In this document: one piece after another, positions 1-8,649 of the stretch
Layout: every line of letters begins with the position of its first letter
Position numbering within the stretch: the first letter of the stretch is position 1
IMG/VR virus record: IMGVR_UViG_3300028393_000055
Origin: an uncultured virus (IMG/VR IMGVR_UViG_3300028393_000055)
Lineage: Duplodnaviria > Heunggongvirae > Uroviricota > Caudoviricetes
Length of the DNA stretch: 20,000 nucleotides
Reading direction: 5' to 3' (one strand)
Position numbers and translations under genes: made by a program
The notes under the pieces: model-generated
What the model was told of the DNA's origin: nothing
Databases searched by the model: none
The model's input: the letters and a program-made list of their open reading frames with translations, nothing else

Positions 1-96
1 CAACAGATGGCAGGACCAACATATCGCCCAGAAGCAATGCTGTCACCATTTATGATTGGCGCACAAATTGGTTCTGCTCTTAGAAGGTTATTTTAA
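1..96 (+). CDS. 3' end of an upstream gene (partial), translationally coupled to the next ORF
   Basis: Frame 1 is open (QQMAGPTYRPEAMLSPFMIGAQIGSALRRLF*). Its TAA at 94-96 overlaps the ATG at 96 (TAATG). Confidence 0.6.
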   Translation, partial: QQMAGPTYRPEAMLSPFMIGAQIGSALRRLF

Positions 97-2219
97 TGGC
101 TATTTCAAAACTCGTAACTGGTACACCATTTGAAAGACCAGCAATAACATTTAGTACCAAGTCTGCTGATAGTAATATGCAGAAAGCATCATCGTCGCTA
201 TTGACTAACAAGAGTTCAATGGGAGACCTTGCGGACTCTATGTCGCGTTTGAATATTCAACTAACGCAATTGCAAAAAGTATCCAACGAGATTATGAAAA
301 GCATCGCAAGCGTTCTAAAGACTGTTGCTAAGGTTGACAGAGATATGACAGACCGTTTTAGAACATTGAATAAAGAACTGGCTGCGTCTCGTACAGAGTT
401 TACCAGAAGTCTAGCTGCTATAGCACCATCGCTTACCGGTGGTGCTGGTGCTACTATCAGTGGTGCTGCATTAGGTGCTGCGGCACCAGCTGCGGCAGCG
501 GACGCTATTCCTTCGAGTGGCGATTCCACATGGGACGCATTCATTTCATTTTTAAAAATTGCTGCGCCACTATTACTCGGTAAAATCGGTAAAAAGTTAG
601 CAACAATGGCAATTCTTGCTGCTACGGGTATTGGGTGGATTGGCGTTGCGATTGGTCTTGCATTATCAATCGGTGATGCTATTGAATTGTATAAATTATG
701 GAAGCAATTTAAAAATGAAAAACCAGATCAATCTGAAATTGATGGCGCAATGGCATCATATAATAAAGCTCAACCACCAATAGGTGCACCACAGGGAGCA
801 CAATTAACCGATATGTCAATGTCTGGTGAAACTGGTGCATTTGCTGAGGCTGCTGGTTCGAAAGCAAAAAGTGGATCTGGTGCACCTGAAGGTGGTGCGG
901 GTCCTGCCGCTGCTTCTACTAGTGCTGCTGGAACGACAGGGTCTAGTACACGCGAAGCTAGTGCGGAAGATTTATATAAGACACCAGGTAGCGATGCTAA
1001 CGATCCATCAAAGGCAGCTGCGTCAACTCCAGCAGCGCCAGCTGCGCCAACAGATATGTCAATAGGTGGTGAGACCGGTGCATTTGGTGCTGCTAGACAA
1101 TCGGCGGCTGCACCACAACCAATGAGAAGACCTGCGGAAACTGCGCCTGCTGCAACTACAGGTGCACCTATAATGGCACCGCCTGATCCACACGCTAAAT
1201 CTAAAGCTATGTTTCAACAACAACAGGACATGGAAAGAAACGGAGATTCTGGTGCTACTGCGATGTTCTTTGCTGCGGATCAACAGAGACAAAAAGAACT
1301 TGCTGGTTTAAAAGCTATTGCGGCTGCACCTGGTGCACCAGTAGAAGCAAAGAAAGCCGCTGCTAAATCTATTCAAGACGCGACAAATCCGGCTACGTTC
1401 GGACGTGGTGGTGGTCACACTACAGGTGAAACAACCGGCGCTATTGGTCGTGGTGGTGGCGACCATACTGATCCTCGCATGTTAGGGCGAGGTGGTGGTC
1501 TTCATAGTGATCCAAATGTTGGGTATGAAGGCAAAAATGGAGATATTCTACAGCAGGCACTAGACGCTGAGAAGCTGGGTAATCTTGGTAGTGGTGAAAC
1601 TGGTATGAATGCAGCCGATGTTCGTGGTGCAAATATGCAGAATGCATCCAATATGATGGAAGCAAAATATAAAAAAGAAGATGAAGATGCTATGGGTGCA
1701 ACACATGCAAAAGGTATAACATCCACCGTAGATTCTAATGCTGCGCGTGATGCGATGTTAAACATGCAAGGTATAGATGATAAAGATAGAGCTAATTCTG
1801 CTGCTACCAAACCACTGGAACAAAAACGTGTTGATATAGATGCTGGTAAGATTGAACCAGAAACTGGTCACGATGCTATGGGTAAAACTATTAGAGGAAT
1901 GCAAGGAACACCAGCAGATCAACCAGGCGCGCCTGGTTTAGGTGACTCTATAATGAAAGCTTTAGATTCTTTAGGTTTTGGTACACCATCAGCAAAACCT
2001 GCTGCAACAGCACCAACTAAGATTGAACCAGAGGGAGACGAGTCGGCTGGTTATAAAGGTAAGTTAGGTCAAATCTTACAGACAAATATGAATGATTATA
2101 ATGTGATGAATAAGAGCGCAGGTGGTGATACTAATGTCACACCAAACATACCTCTCTCAGCAACTAATCCATTCTTGAATAGATTTTTTGGTAAACAGAA
2201 GATGGAAAATCATCAATAA
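96..2219 (+). CDS. 707-aa Ala/Gly-rich protein, possibly virion structural (tape-measure or baseplate-hub like)
   Basis: Long ORF with an N-terminal coiled-coil-like region, a hydrophobic Gly/Ala stretch (LAATGIGWIGVAIGLALSIG) and long low-complexity repeats. It converges on gp32. The function is inferred from composition and context only. Confidence 0.5.
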   Translation: MAISKLVTGTPFERPAITFSTKSADSNMQKASSSLLTNKSSMGDLADSMSRLNIQLTQLQKVSNEIMKSIASVLKTVAKVDRDMTDRFRTLNKELAASRTEFTRSLAAIAPSLTGGAGATISGAALGAAAPAAAADAIPSSGDSTWDAFISFLKIAAPLLLGKIGKKLATMAILAATGIGWIGVAIGLALSIGDAIELYKLWKQFKNEKPDQSEIDGAMASYNKAQPPIGAPQGAQLTDMSMSGETGAFAEAAGSKAKSGSGAPEGGAGPAAASTSAAGTTGSSTREASAEDLYKTPGSDANDPSKAAASTPAAPAAPTDMSIGGETGAFGAARQSAAAPQPMRRPAETAPAATTGAPIMAPPDPHAKSKAMFQQQQDMERNGDSGATAMFFAADQQRQKELAGLKAIAAAPGAPVEAKKAAAKSIQDATNPATFGRGGGHTTGETTGAIGRGGGDHTDPRMLGRGGGLHSDPNVGYEGKNGDILQQALDAEKLGNLGSGETGMNAADVRGANMQNASNMMEAKYKKEDEDAMGATHAKGITSTVDSNAARDAMLNMQGIDDKDRANSAATKPLEQKRVDIDAGKIEPETGHDAMGKTIRGMQGTPADQPGAPGLGDSIMKALDSLGFGTPSAKPAATAPTKIEPEGDESAGYKGKLGQILQTNMNDYNVMNKSAGGDTNVTPNIPLSATNPFLNRFFGKQKMENHQ

Positions 2220-2245
2220 AAAAAAGGGGGAACCCGGTTCCCCCT
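2218..2245 (-). terminator. Rho-independent terminator between convergent genes (U-tract on the gp32 strand)
   Basis: Inverted repeat AGGGGGAAC-ccg-GTTCCCCCT (2225-2245), preceded by an A-run at 2218-2225 that reads as poly-U on the minus strand. Confidence 0.85.
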
Positions 2246-2251
2246 AGTGTC

Positions 2252-3160
2252 TTACTCGTCATCCTCAGCGAGCTTTTCGAAGAATGACAGGTCGTCATCA
2301 TCTACAGCCTTAGCCTTTGGAGCAGGTGCCGACTTCCCTACTGCTGGTGCAGCCATTGAACGGGCAGTCGGACGGTCAAAAGGGATGTCATCCTCATTGC
2401 GATAAGATGCACCAGCCGGCTCAGCAAGAACCTTCTCCAGCTTTGCCTTCAACTCATCGTAAGACTTGAAGTTAGACGGCGCAAGAAAAGCCTGAAGCGA
2501 ATTAGCACCTTGCCACATTGCAGCCATATCTTCATCATTATCAGCAAGAGGAGCCTTGCCTTCAAACTCGGACTTATCATAGTTGCGATAGCCTTCGACC
2601 TTGCGGATCTTTAGCTTGAAGTTCGCGCCATCCCACAACTCAAATGGGTTGACAGGCTTCTCATCTTCAAACTGAGGATTCATAACCTCATTGATCTTAT
2701 CCCAAATCTTCTTTCCGTACTTGAAAAGAAAGACTTTGCCTTCATTCTCAGGATGTGCAGGATCCTTGAGTACGACAATGTTTGAGATGTAGTTGAGACG
2801 ACGCTTACGCTGACGGACAATTTCCTTATCCTTATCGTTGCCAGAATTCCAAAGCTTGGAGTTCATCTCAGATACAGGATCTTGCTGACCGATGGTAGTC
2901 AAAGAGTTCTCAATATACCAACCACCTGGGCCCTGAAAGCCATGATTCCAAACACGGACCCACGGAACTTCTTCACCAGCAGGAGCAGGAAGAAAGCGAA
3001 TAACAGCAAAGCCATTACCCATCTTGTCTACTTCAGGTTGCCAGAAACGCTCGTCCTTAGACGAACCAGTTTCCTTAGTTGATAGCTTGTTGATTTCTTT
3101 GGTAAGACGCTCAAGTGAGGATTCGCGATTGCGCTTGAGGTTCATAAATGCTTCATTCAT
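2252..3160 (-). CDS. gp32: T4 gp32-like single-stranded DNA-binding protein
   Basis: Motifs DERFWQPEVDKMGNGFAVIRFLP, HGFQGPGGWYIENSLTT, GKVFLFKYGKKI, GANFKLKIRKVEGYRNYDKSEF, and an acidic tail DDDDLSFFEKLAEDDE. Confidence 0.96.
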   Translation of the reverse strand: MNEAFMNLKRNRESSLERLTKEINKLSTKETGSSKDERFWQPEVDKMGNGFAVIRFLPAPAGEEVPWVRVWNHGFQGPGGWYIENSLTTIGQQDPVSEMNSKLWNSGNDKDKEIVRQRKRRLNYISNIVVLKDPAHPENEGKVFLFKYGKKIWDKINEVMNPQFEDEKPVNPFELWDGANFKLKIRKVEGYRNYDKSEFEGKAPLADNDEDMAAMWQGANSLQAFLAPSNFKSYDELKAKLEKVLAEPAGASYRNEDDIPFDRPTARSMAAPAVGKSAPAPKAKAVDDDDLSFFEKLAEDDE

Positions 3161-3221
3161 ATGTGTATCTCCGTTGTATGTGTTGTATGGATTTTTTATT
3201 CACTCAATCATAATAACATGT

Positions 3222-3252
3222 TATTTATACACTATTCTGGTGCAAATGTCAA
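3222..3252 (-). promoter_or_regulatory. Composite sigma70-like and T4 late promoter for gp32
   Basis: Minus strand reads TTGACA (3252-3247), a 17-nt spacer, then TATAAATA (3229-3222). Confidence 0.75.
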
Positions 3253-3842
3253 GACAAAAACACCTGACGCATAATCTTTTTGATGTTATCAGGATCAACT
3301 CTCACGAATGGCCTGTACTTTTTTAGTTGGCGATACACCTCAGGCCATATGATGGTATCGCCAATTACCTTGTTCCATGCATCAAGCACATTGAAGGCAA
3401 TATCAAAAGCAATTACGGTTTCCGCAGAGACCTTATTGCCCATATAGAGTTTGATTAGTTGTGGATGCTCACCAGTCGTCTTCAATAAAGACTTCGGATC
3501 ATCCACATCATCAACGATTTTATTTAGTTCTTCTTTGAGCTGGTACGAGAAAGTTTCCATGCGCTTCAACCAAGCAACATAAACTTTCTCTGACTCGGGT
3601 CCTGACATATCACCGACCCATCGTACACCGGCAGACGAGACAAAGTTAGCGACAAAGAAATTGGTTAGTTCGTCATCGCTATATTTGCGTTCAATCTTGC
3701 GAAAGAGATATTGGTCCTTGCGCTTTAGAAAGGACGCTTCGGATATCTTTTTGATTTTGCCAGAGTATTTGATGAAGTCATAGTCGGATGTGAAGTGAAG
3801 CTTGAGAGCCTGATAGCGTTGGTATGCTGTCATGCCTTCCAT
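3249..3842 (-). CDS. gp59: T4 gp59-like helicase loader
   Basis: AYQRYQALKLHFTSDYDFIKYSGK, FLKRKDQYLF, FFVANF, HPQLIKLY, KKYRPF. Canonical position upstream of gp32. Confidence 0.92.
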   Translation of the reverse strand: MEGMTAYQRYQALKLHFTSDYDFIKYSGKIKKISEASFLKRKDQYLFRKIERKYSDDELTNFFVANFVSSAGVRWVGDMSGPESEKVYVAWLKRMETFSYQLKEELNKIVDDVDDPKSLLKTTGEHPQLIKLYMGNKVSAETVIAFDIAFNVLDAWNKVIGDTIIWPEVYRQLKKYRPFVRVDPDNIKKIMRQVFLS

Positions 3843-4942
3843 TAGTTGATTCTCCAGCCTCGAGATTTCATCTTCTCAATGCGCCACGGTGCTACTAGTT
3901 CCATAATACCGCACTGATTAGATCGAATCTGTGTGTTCTTAATCGTATCAAATACGTCGCGTGTGATATAGAGTTTATCATTGTACGGTGTATATGATAT
4001 GCAGCAATGCACCATATCAAAATGAGCAATGAGTTCCGCGCGTGTGGTGTATGATGTAGTAACGAACTGGTTCTTATGATTCATATCAAACGCAGTAAAT
4101 TCAATCTTGTCATTGTTCATATAGTCGGTGCTACCGATCTTGAACATGCCAGGTTTATCTAAGATCCTTGCATCAACATATTCTTTGACGTACTGTTTTG
4201 TCTTGGCATCATCAAGGATGAAAACATCAATATCATGTGGCAGTTCCTTGCTAAGAAACGACGCAAAACAACCGCCAGCGACAACTACCTTTTCATTGTA
4301 CATGAGTTTTTCTGGCACAAACTTGAGATAGTTATTCTTTAGAACATACTTCATATTGCGAATCTCGGCCTGCTCTGCATCTGTAAACAATGCATTGCGC
4401 GCCATCTGTTCGTGCTTATAGTCAATACCAAGCACATCATCAACGAACCCTTGCCTTGTGATAGAGCCGTTTGGATTTGCCATCCATTGACCCAACGTAG
4501 GCAAACTAGATCCTACAGCACCAGGATGACCAATGCCACCAGAACCACCAGCGCCTGTTGTTATTACCACGGTGCTATCGGATACCCATTGAGTGCTACC
4601 GATTATGGTACTATCAGCAGCATAATCGTAGATACCATCTGACCAAGCAGTTTGGCTATTCGGCATTTGATTGACCTTTGGATTTAGTATTTCACGGAGT
4701 TTGTCTAACGGTACTGCCATAACGTCACTAATAGCCTCTAAGATAACAAAGTATGGATCTCTCGCATCCTCAAGTTCGTAGCGAGTGATTTTTTTCGATC
4801 TGTTAGTTACTGATGAATTGATTGTAAATCCATCGAGAGCAAAATCTTGATACAAATGGATGTGTGGAAGTTTTAGATCCTGAAACCATCTATGAAGGTT
4901 CGACATTGAAGTGGGACCACCACTATTATATGCAGGTATCAT
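3842..4942 (-). CDS. Hypothetical protein with a C-terminal nucleotidyltransferase-like domain (poly(A) polymerase/CCA-adding head-like)
   Basis: VVVAGGCFASFLSKELPHDIDVF (GG...DxD) and a downstream HFDMVHC. The N-terminal half is unrecognised and joined by a Gly-rich linker. Confidence 0.55.
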   Translation of the reverse strand: MIPAYNSGGPTSMSNLHRWFQDLKLPHIHLYQDFALDGFTINSSVTNRSKKITRYELEDARDPYFVILEAISDVMAVPLDKLREILNPKVNQMPNSQTAWSDGIYDYAADSTIIGSTQWVSDSTVVITTGAGGSGGIGHPGAVGSSLPTLGQWMANPNGSITRQGFVDDVLGIDYKHEQMARNALFTDAEQAEIRNMKYVLKNNYLKFVPEKLMYNEKVVVAGGCFASFLSKELPHDIDVFILDDAKTKQYVKEYVDARILDKPGMFKIGSTDYMNNDKIEFTAFDMNHKNQFVTTSYTTRAELIAHFDMVHCCISYTPYNDKLYITRDVFDTIKNTQIRSNQCGIMELVAPWRIEKMKSRGWRIN

Positions 4943-5187
4943 ATCGGAAGCTTTGCTCCAGTGCGTTTGATTAGATTAGAACCTAGCGCCTCTGATTGAA
5001 TAAGCTTTTTGATTTTTGGTCCGATGAGACGAGGCACACTCTCGGGTTCAAGCCCGGACGCGGTACACACATCCAAGCAAGCGTCAATATATGTCATACT
5101 TTTATTGAAGACACGATCTTCTACCATGCGAGCAAATGTTTCGCTTGTCATAATACTCGCTGGTGTATCGTTCATGCTTGCAATCAT
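4939..5187 (-). CDS. gp33: T4 gp33-like late transcription coactivator
   Basis: FARMVEDRV...MTYIDACLDVC...LEPESVPRLIGPKIKKLIQSEA...NLIKRTGAKLPI, located upstream of gp59/gp32. The start is probably 5187 (ATGA overlap with the upstream stop) or 5175, rather than 5265. Confidence 0.88.
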   Translation of the reverse strand: MIASMNDTPASIMTSETFARMVEDRVFNKSMTYIDACLDVCTASGLEPESVPRLIGPKIKKLIQSEALGSNLIKRTGAKLPI

Positions 5188-5957
5188 TCCTTCTTTTTCT
5201 TGACTTTCCCTGCTGCTACTCCCGCCATCTCTATCTCCTCCAAAGAACGACCACATCCCGTGCATCTTCCATCATCTCCAAGTTTGCAAATTGAAACACA
5301 AGTTCCAAGGTCTTTAGGCACAATAGGTAAATCATTAGCATTTAGTTTACGCAATGATTCTGCTAGACCAGAGTTAGAAGCAACGGTTGTCGTCACAGAA
5401 CCAAACATCATCGAATCAAATTGCGCTGATGGAGAAATAATAGACGACATCACTGGTCCAATACCTACAGGATGAATTGTTTGCCCCTGCGGTAATGTCG
5501 CATAGCCTGCTTTATCATACTTAGGAATCACACGACCAGTATCATACTCAAAATCAATCGGCACTGGTACTGCGACAGGATTCTTTTTGATCGGTGGCAT
5601 ATTAGAAGCCATCGGACCGCCAGTGTTCTTGCGCTTGATATCTTCGCTAAGGAGTTCGGGCCAATAAAGTTCTAGTGCGCTGCAAGCTTCAGTGCAAACA
5701 AAGAAGTGATATTCACCAGGCCGAACGCTAGTAAAGTCACCTGCTCGGAGAACAGTAACATCGGTAAGCTCGTAGTTATTCTTTCGTACATGGATTTCCA
5801 GTACTCCTGATTCAACGTAGAATCCATTCCATTTATGTTCATGTAGGTGCTCCGAGCAGCGAAAACCTGCCTTTACGTTGATCTTATGTAGCTCGACCAA
5901 TGCGTTCTGAATAATAACACTGGTGTCACCCCAAATCTTACCTGTCACGTTAGCCAT
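5184..5957 (-). CDS. Cupin-domain protein fused to a C-terminal DUF1289-like four-cysteine domain
   Basis: N-terminal GKIWG...SEHLHEHKWNGFYVESG...VRPGEYHFF cupin motifs; C-terminal CVSICKLGDDGRCTGCGRSLEEI. Confidence 0.7.
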   Translation of the reverse strand: MANVTGKIWGDTSVIIQNALVELHKINVKAGFRCSEHLHEHKWNGFYVESGVLEIHVRKNNYELTDVTVLRAGDFTSVRPGEYHFFVCTEACSALELYWPELLSEDIKRKNTGGPMASNMPPIKKNPVAVPVPIDFEYDTGRVIPKYDKAGYATLPQGQTIHPVGIGPVMSSIISPSAQFDSMMFGSVTTTVASNSGLAESLRKLNANDLPIVPKDLGTCVSICKLGDDGRCTGCGRSLEEIEMAGVAAGKVKKKKE

Positions 5958-6387
5958 GAGTAGCGCCGTCCTCTTCTTCCTTTGTCAAATCAAATGGACC
6001 ATGAAATACGACTTCTCTATCGGTAGCTTCCCAACCATCGTTTTCCATACCTTCGTGCCACTCTTCATCAAACAACTCTTGGATACGCTCTTGCTCTTCC
6101 TCGTCCATGTCATCAGGAAAAGTCCACGAACACGCGACGCCATCATCAAAGCTATGATCCATCAAATCATAGTCAAGCGAATAGATATCAATGCCATTAT
6201 CATCATCAAGGTCAATATCCTCAACGGCTTTGAGATAATCCTTGAAATCTACATCATCAGGAACATCGAACTTGGCATAACCCCAACGCCACCAAGTCTC
6301 GTATTCAATAACTTGCCCATCCTTATTGAAGTATTCAGTTTCCTGAATGTTCTTCTTATACCGAGTTTCCAGCTTCCAAATTGCCAT
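5950..6387 (-). CDS. Hypothetical highly acidic protein
   Basis: 145-aa ORF overlapping both neighbours, with a plausible RBS (AAAGG) upstream; very Asp/Glu-rich. Confidence 0.75.
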   Translation of the reverse strand: MAIWKLETRYKKNIQETEYFNKDGQVIEYETWWRWGYAKFDVPDDVDFKDYLKAVEDIDLDDDNGIDIYSLDYDLMDHSFDDGVACSWTFPDDMDEEEQERIQELFDEEWHEGMENDGWEATDREVVFHGPFDLTKEEEDGATHG

Positions 6388-7216
6388 TGTCTAACCTTTC
6401 ACTTCTTTTCACTACATCATCAATCTCAAGTAAACTATACAACAATGCGTCGAACTTGTCAAGTGCAATCATGTTCGGTCCATCGCATGGTGCATTATTT
6501 GGATTCTCGTGGACTTCCATAAACAAACCAGCAATACCTACAGCCGTGGCTGCGCGAGCGATAAGCGGTACAAACTCACTCTGCCCACCAGAACTTGATC
6601 CATTACCACCTGGTAGCTGTACAGCATGAGTGCAATCCATGAAGACTGGGTAACCCCAATACTTCATAATCTCAAGCGAGCGCATATCGACAACAAGGTT
6701 CTTATAGCCAAACGTGGTACCACGCTCAGTCAATATGATTTTCTTGCAGCCGAAATACTCAAGCTTCTTGACTACGCTACCCATTTCTTCGGGTGCCATA
6801 AACTGGCCCTTCTTCACATTGACTGGCTTATGCGTTTGTGCAGCCGATTCAAGAAGGTCAGTTTGCCGACAAAGAAATGCGGGGATCTGAATAACATCAG
6901 CATTCACTGCATCGCAATGCCAGTTTTCATGTACGTCCGTGAGGACTTCAATGCCCCTACCACGGACGGCGTCTATTCCATAAAAAGCCTCGTCGAAGCC
7001 TGCACCTCTATAAGCAGTAGCGGATGTTCGATTAGCCTTATCGAAGGACGTCTTATAAATGAAGTTGATTTCTTGCCCGAATCGTTTACCAACACTATCT
7101 ACGATTGATTGCAGCGACTCTGCCATAAAGATAGCATGTTTCTGAGACTCGAATGCACAAGGACCAGCAATAATACTAAGTGGTTTTGAATTGCCGCAAT
7201 CATCATAGAATGACAT
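6356..7216 (-). CDS. kdsA: KDO-8-phosphate synthase, metal-dependent type
   Basis: IIAGPC, SFDKANRTS, LTDVHE, QIPAFLCRQTDLL, NVKKGQF, ERGTTFGY, DCTHAVQLPG, FMEVH, CDG. Confidence 0.96.
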   Translation of the reverse strand: MSFYDDCGNSKPLSIIAGPCAFESQKHAIFMAESLQSIVDSVGKRFGQEINFIYKTSFDKANRTSATAYRGAGFDEAFYGIDAVRGRGIEVLTDVHENWHCDAVNADVIQIPAFLCRQTDLLESAAQTHKPVNVKKGQFMAPEEMGSVVKKLEYFGCKKIILTERGTTFGYKNLVVDMRSLEIMKYWGYPVFMDCTHAVQLPGGNGSSSGGQSEFVPLIARAATAVGIAGLFMEVHENPNNAPCDGPNMIALDKFDALLYSLLEIDDVVKRSERLDNGNLEAGNSV

Positions 7217-7383
7217 TACCGATCCTTATATCTAGCGTCGATCTCTTTTATTCGTTCATTGAGATATGAAATGATCCATCGCTTCTGTGGATCATTATCG
7301 CTCATTGAGATTAGCACATTATTCAATTCGTCTACGAAGGCTGCTTTCTTCAAAGTGTCTACTGAATAGTTGCTATCTGACAT
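7216..7383 (-). CDS. 55-aa hypothetical protein (not in the ORF track)
   Basis: MSDSNYSVDTLKKAAFVDELNNVLISMSDNDPQKRWIISYLNERIKEIDARYKDR*. It fills the gap exactly, and its TAA overlaps the kdsA ATG. Confidence 0.7.
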   Translation of the reverse strand: MSDSNYSVDTLKKAAFVDELNNVLISMSDNDPQKRWIISYLNERIKEIDARYKDR

Positions 7384-7386
7384 GGC

Positions 7387-8097
7387 TTAATCCCATAGTG
7401 AGCGATAGTATTTTCCGAAAAGCTTGAATGCGTTTCGCTTACGCTCTTCGAAGATATCATTTTCGGCACGATACTTTTCCCAGTTACCTTGCTCGTCTTC
7501 TGGTGGAACAAGCATGTCGGTAAAGCAGTTACCTTGCTCGTCTTCTGGTGGAACAAGCATGTCGGTAAAGACTTCCTGATCCATCTTCTTGACAATGCTT
7601 CTACCAAGTTCAGGAAACGGCGGTGCATCGGGATCATCGTTTGCTTCCTGATAGAAAGCCCAGATCATTTCATCAAGGATCCAGTTCCACCGATCAAAGA
7701 AAAGATCGTCGGTATCCCATTCATCTTTCTTGGGAGGAGCATTAGTTGAACGCAGATGTTCAGGCACATCCTCGTCATCGGTGAAAGGAGCACCGTGTTT
7801 GGTATCTCTCAACTGTACAAGCATAGGATGAATGATAAGTGAGAGAGTGTGATCCATTGACCAAGTATCATATGGCGCAATCTTTACGCTGATTGTACGC
7901 TTGCGCTTTTCGTGAATCCAATTACAAAAAGTACCGAACCAAGTATCAGCAAGCCAATCACCAAACTTATCCTTGAGACGATAATCCCAACGCATATCTT
8001 CATCGTCACTCTGATGCCGCTTAGTCCAGAAGAAAATGTAATCTGTAATTTGATACGGTCCGTACCAGGTTAGATATGGTCCAATCTTGACTTTCAT
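7387..8097 (-). CDS. Trp-rich hypothetical phage protein with an internal 15-aa duplication
   Basis: 236-aa ORF with DTWSMDHTLSLIIHPML...WNWILDEMIWAF...LFGKYYRSLWD, tightly packed with its neighbours. Confidence 0.8.
   Translation of the reverse strand: MKVKIGPYLTWYGPYQITDYIFFWTKRHQSDDEDMRWDYRLKDKFGDWLADTWFGTFCNWIHEKRKRTISVKIAPYDTWSMDHTLSLIIHPMLVQLRDTKHGAPFTDDEDVPEHLRSTNAPPKKDEWDTDDLFFDRWNWILDEMIWAFYQEANDDPDAPPFPELGRSIVKKMDQEVFTDMLVPPEDEQGNCFTDMLVPPEDEQGNWEKYRAENDIFEERKRNAFKLFGKYYRSLWD
7481..7570. repeat. Exact 45-nt tandem duplication (2 copies)
   Basis: CAGTTACCTTGCTCGTCTTCTGGTGGAACAAGCATGTCGGTAAAG at 7481-7525 and 7526-7570. Confidence 0.97.
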
Positions 8098-8100
8098 GTT

Positions 8101-8307
8101 TCACCAGTTCTCATAGTCTGTGATATCTTTCCAAAGACCTTCGCCTTCGGATGTTTCAATTTCTGCGCGAAGACAGAAACCAATACCGGTGCTACCACCG
8201 ATAAGAGTAATCTTGTGTGGCTGAGGATCCATATCTTTGATCCATTCTGTCAGAGTGGCCAATTCTGCTGGGCCAATCATAAGCTTATAGCTGCGTTCCA
8301 CTTCCAT
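8101..8307 (-). CDS. 68-aa hypothetical protein
   Basis: Start moved to the ATG at 8307 (MEVERSY...), 6 nt after GGAG. The longer track ORF would run into the tRNA. Confidence 0.7.
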   Translation of the reverse strand: MEVERSYKLMIGPAELATLTEWIKDMDPQPHKITLIGGSTGIGFCLRAEIETSEGEGLWKDITDYENW

Positions 8308-8322
8308 ATCATTCTCCAAAAT

Positions 8323-8398
8323 TGGCTCGGGGTGATGGGCTCGAACCACCAACACACGGATTCAAAGTCCGTAGTTCTACCAATTGAACTAACCCCGA
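8323..8398 (-). tRNA. tRNA-Gln (anticodon UUG) with encoded CCA
   Basis: TCGGGGT TA GTTC AATTGGTA GAAC T ACGGA CTTTGAA TCCGT GTGTT GGTGG TTCGAGC CCATC ACCCCGA G CCA. A 76-nt cloverleaf with U1-A72 and G73. Confidence 0.96.
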
Positions 8399-8405
8399 AT
8401 AAAAA

Positions 8406-8630
8406 TCAAGCCTCGTTTAGAAGCTCAGCCGAACCACGAACCTGCTCACCGATCGGTGCAGGTGCATTGATAAACGTCATAAGCGTTTCGGCCTTCTTGA
8501 TAACGTCTTGTGCTGTGGGAAATTTAGTCTGTGTCTCGCCTGTGCGCTCGCTCGCGAAGAGAAACTCTTGGTCACACATGGACTGAGCCATCTGAAGAAT
8601 ATTGAAGCGGAGCATCTTATCGTCGTTCAT
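8406..8630 (-). CDS. 74-aa hypothetical protein
   Basis: Start moved to the ATG at 8630 (MNDDKMLRFNILQMAQ...FPTAQDVIKKAETL), after the RBS GAGGTG. The longer track ORF overlaps the tmRNA. Confidence 0.75.
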   Translation of the reverse strand: MNDDKMLRFNILQMAQSMCDQEFLFASERTGETQTKFPTAQDVIKKAETLMTFINAPAPIGEQVRGSAELLNEA

Positions 8631-8649
8631 AATTTTCACCTCTCTAATA

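Noticed and set aside
5923..6522. 199-aa plus-strand hydrophobic ORF and the other antisense or alternate-frame track ORFs
   Set aside because: They are shadows of well-supported genes. The hydrophobicity here simply mirrors the acidic codons on the opposite strand.
7481..7570. Direct repeats as a CRISPR array
   Set aside because: There are only two abutting copies with no spacer, and they are in frame within a CDS.
8308..8355. N-terminal extension of track ORF 8101..8355
   Set aside because: It overlaps tRNA-Gln, and a better RBS and ATG exist at 8307.
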